From the human T2T-CHM13v2.0 reference genome, Homo sapiens, in NCBI RefSeq assembly GCF_009914755.1, contig NC_060948.1: DNA of 64,000 nucleotides. One strand, 5' to 3'. Positions 63,201-64,000 of this stretch are shown in pieces. How positions within the stretch are numbered: the stretch's first letter is position 1; every line of letters starts with the position of its first letter. The notes under the pieces were generated by a model. The model saw nothing but the letters and a program-made list of their open reading frames with translations. It was not told where the DNA came from and searched no databases. A program made the translations under genes and the position numbers.

Positions 63201-64000
63201 CCAGAATTTCTTCCTTCTGGCAGGTTCATGGTCTTGCTCACTTCACTAATGAAGCTGCAGACCTTACTAGTGAGTGTTACAGCACTTAAAGGTGTTATGT
63301 ACAGAGTTTGTTAATTCAGATGTGTCCAGAGTTTCTGTCTTCCGGCAGGTTCATGGTCTTGCTCACTTCAAGAGCGAAGCTGCAGACCTTAGTGGTGAGT
63401 GTTACAGCACTTAAAGGTGTTATCTCCAGAGTTTTTTCCTACACATGTGTCCAGCGTTTCTTCCTTCTGGCAGGTTCATGGTCTTGCACACTTCAAGATT
63501 GAAGCTGCAGACCTTACTGTTGAGTTTTAAAGCACTTAAAGGTTTTATGTCCAGAGATTGTTCCTTCAGATGTGTCTAGAGTTTCTTCCTTCTGGCAGGT
63601 TCACGGTCTTGCTCACTTCAAGAATGAAGCTGCAGACCTTACTGGTGAGTGTTACAGCACATTAAGGTGTTATGTCCAGAGTTTTTTCCTTCAGATGTGT
63701 CCAGAGATTCTTCCTACTGGCAGGATCATGGTCTTGTTCACTTCAAGAATGAAGCTGCAGACCTTACTGGTGAGGGTTACAGCACTTAAAGGTGTTATGT
63801 CCAGAGTTTGTTCCTTCAGATGTGTCCAGAGTTTCTTCCTTCTCGCAGGTTCGTGGTCTTCTTCACTTCCTTAATTAAGCTGCAGACCATACTGGTGAGT
63901 GTTACAGCACTTACAGCTGTTATGTCCAGATATTTTTGCTTTAGATATGTCCAGAGTTTCTTCCTTCTGACAGTTTCATTGTCTTGCTCACTTCAAGAAT
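48270..64000. repeat. Right sub-domain: distinct monomer alleles (ttactggtgag, cacttccttaatg, ttcgtgg, tttgcgg) and its own higher-order blocks
   Basis: First cacttccttaatg/ttactggtgag at 48274-48309. ORF repeats at 50707/52825/54693, 50085/54072/56938, 51668/55283/58154/62025 and 57563/62934. Confidence 0.78.

Larger units (their letters stand above)
1..64000. repeat. DYZ19: 125-bp tandem satellite array, most likely DYZ19 (human/hominoid Y chromosome long arm); extends beyond both window edges
   Basis: Seen: the core cacttcaagaatgaagctgcagacc recurs every 123-125 bp across the window, ORF starts recur at 124-125 bp spacing, and I saw no unique spacer or inversion. Knowledge (recalled, not searched): DYZ19 is a Yq array of 125-bp units derived from LTR12. 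The tandem-array call is essentially certain; the confidence value refers to the DYZ19 name. Confidence 0.88.
1..64000 (-). mobile_element. Monomer is an amplified fragment of an LTR12-family (ERV9/HERV9) LTR, 3' R/U5 portion, LTR sense on the minus strand; not intact LTRs
   Basis: The motifs cttcaagaatgaagc, gcagacctt..ggtgagtgttacagc, gagtttgttccttc and gagtttcttccttctgg match my recollection of the reverse-complemented LTR12 3' end (ttcaagaatgaagccgcggaccctcgcggtgagtgttacagctcttaa ... ggagtttcttccttctggtgggttcgtggtctcgct). I saw no U3 CCAAT repeats, PBS or gag/pol/env sequence. Confidence 0.8.

Noticed and set aside
3-63874. Hundreds of 60-147 aa ORFs with repeating peptides (MCPEFLPSGRFMVLLTSRMKLQ...)
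   Set aside because: They are the three frames of one 125-bp unit (not a multiple of 3), lengthened by chance indels. Frameshifts and stops occur freely, and I recognise no protein domain.
1-64000. CRISPR-like or other repeat-spacer array (conserved core recurring at a fixed interval)
   Set aside because: Sequence between the cores is homologous in every unit, so there are no unique spacers, and there is no leader or cas gene.
1-64000. Alpha satellite, HSat1-3 (DYZ1/DYZ2), beta satellite, or a 5S rRNA/tRNA/snoRNA tandem array
   Set aside because: The unit is not 171, 68 or 5 bp; no CENP-B box or (CATTC)n was seen; a unit near 120 bp recalls 5S rRNA but the sequence does not resemble it and there are no spacers.
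1-64000. Intact LTR12 promoters/enhancers or an ERV9 provirus
   Set aside because: Only a short 3' LTR fragment is repeated; no CCAAT-box repeats, PBS, PPT or retroviral ORFs were seen.

Overview
The whole 64 kb window is one uninterrupted head-to-tail tandem satellite of about 513 monomers, mostly 125 bp with recurrent 123-124 bp indel variants, all in the same orientation. The + strand consensus is gttatgtccagagtttgttccttcagatgtgtccagagtttcttccttctggcaggttcatggtcttgctcacttcaagaatgaagctgcagacc[ttagt|tttac]ggtgagtgttacagcacttaaaggt (about 45% GC; 43 T vs 26 A in the ttagt form). From memory, the monomer resembles the reverse complement of the 3' (R/U5) part of primate LTR12/ERV9 LTRs. A large 125-bp LTR12-derived array is what is described as the DYZ19 satellite of the human Y long arm, which is my best identification; no database was searched. 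I see no credible gene, and every listed ORF is a reading of the same monomer. The informative structure lies above monomer level: discrete monomer subtypes, irregular higher-order blocks (2 to about 36 monomers), one near-perfect 3111-bp tandem duplication, and a left-to-right change in diagnostic alleles from a homogeneous, recently amplified left part to a more diverged right part with more ancestral-looking alleles. Block boundaries were read by eye and are approximate to about one monomer.
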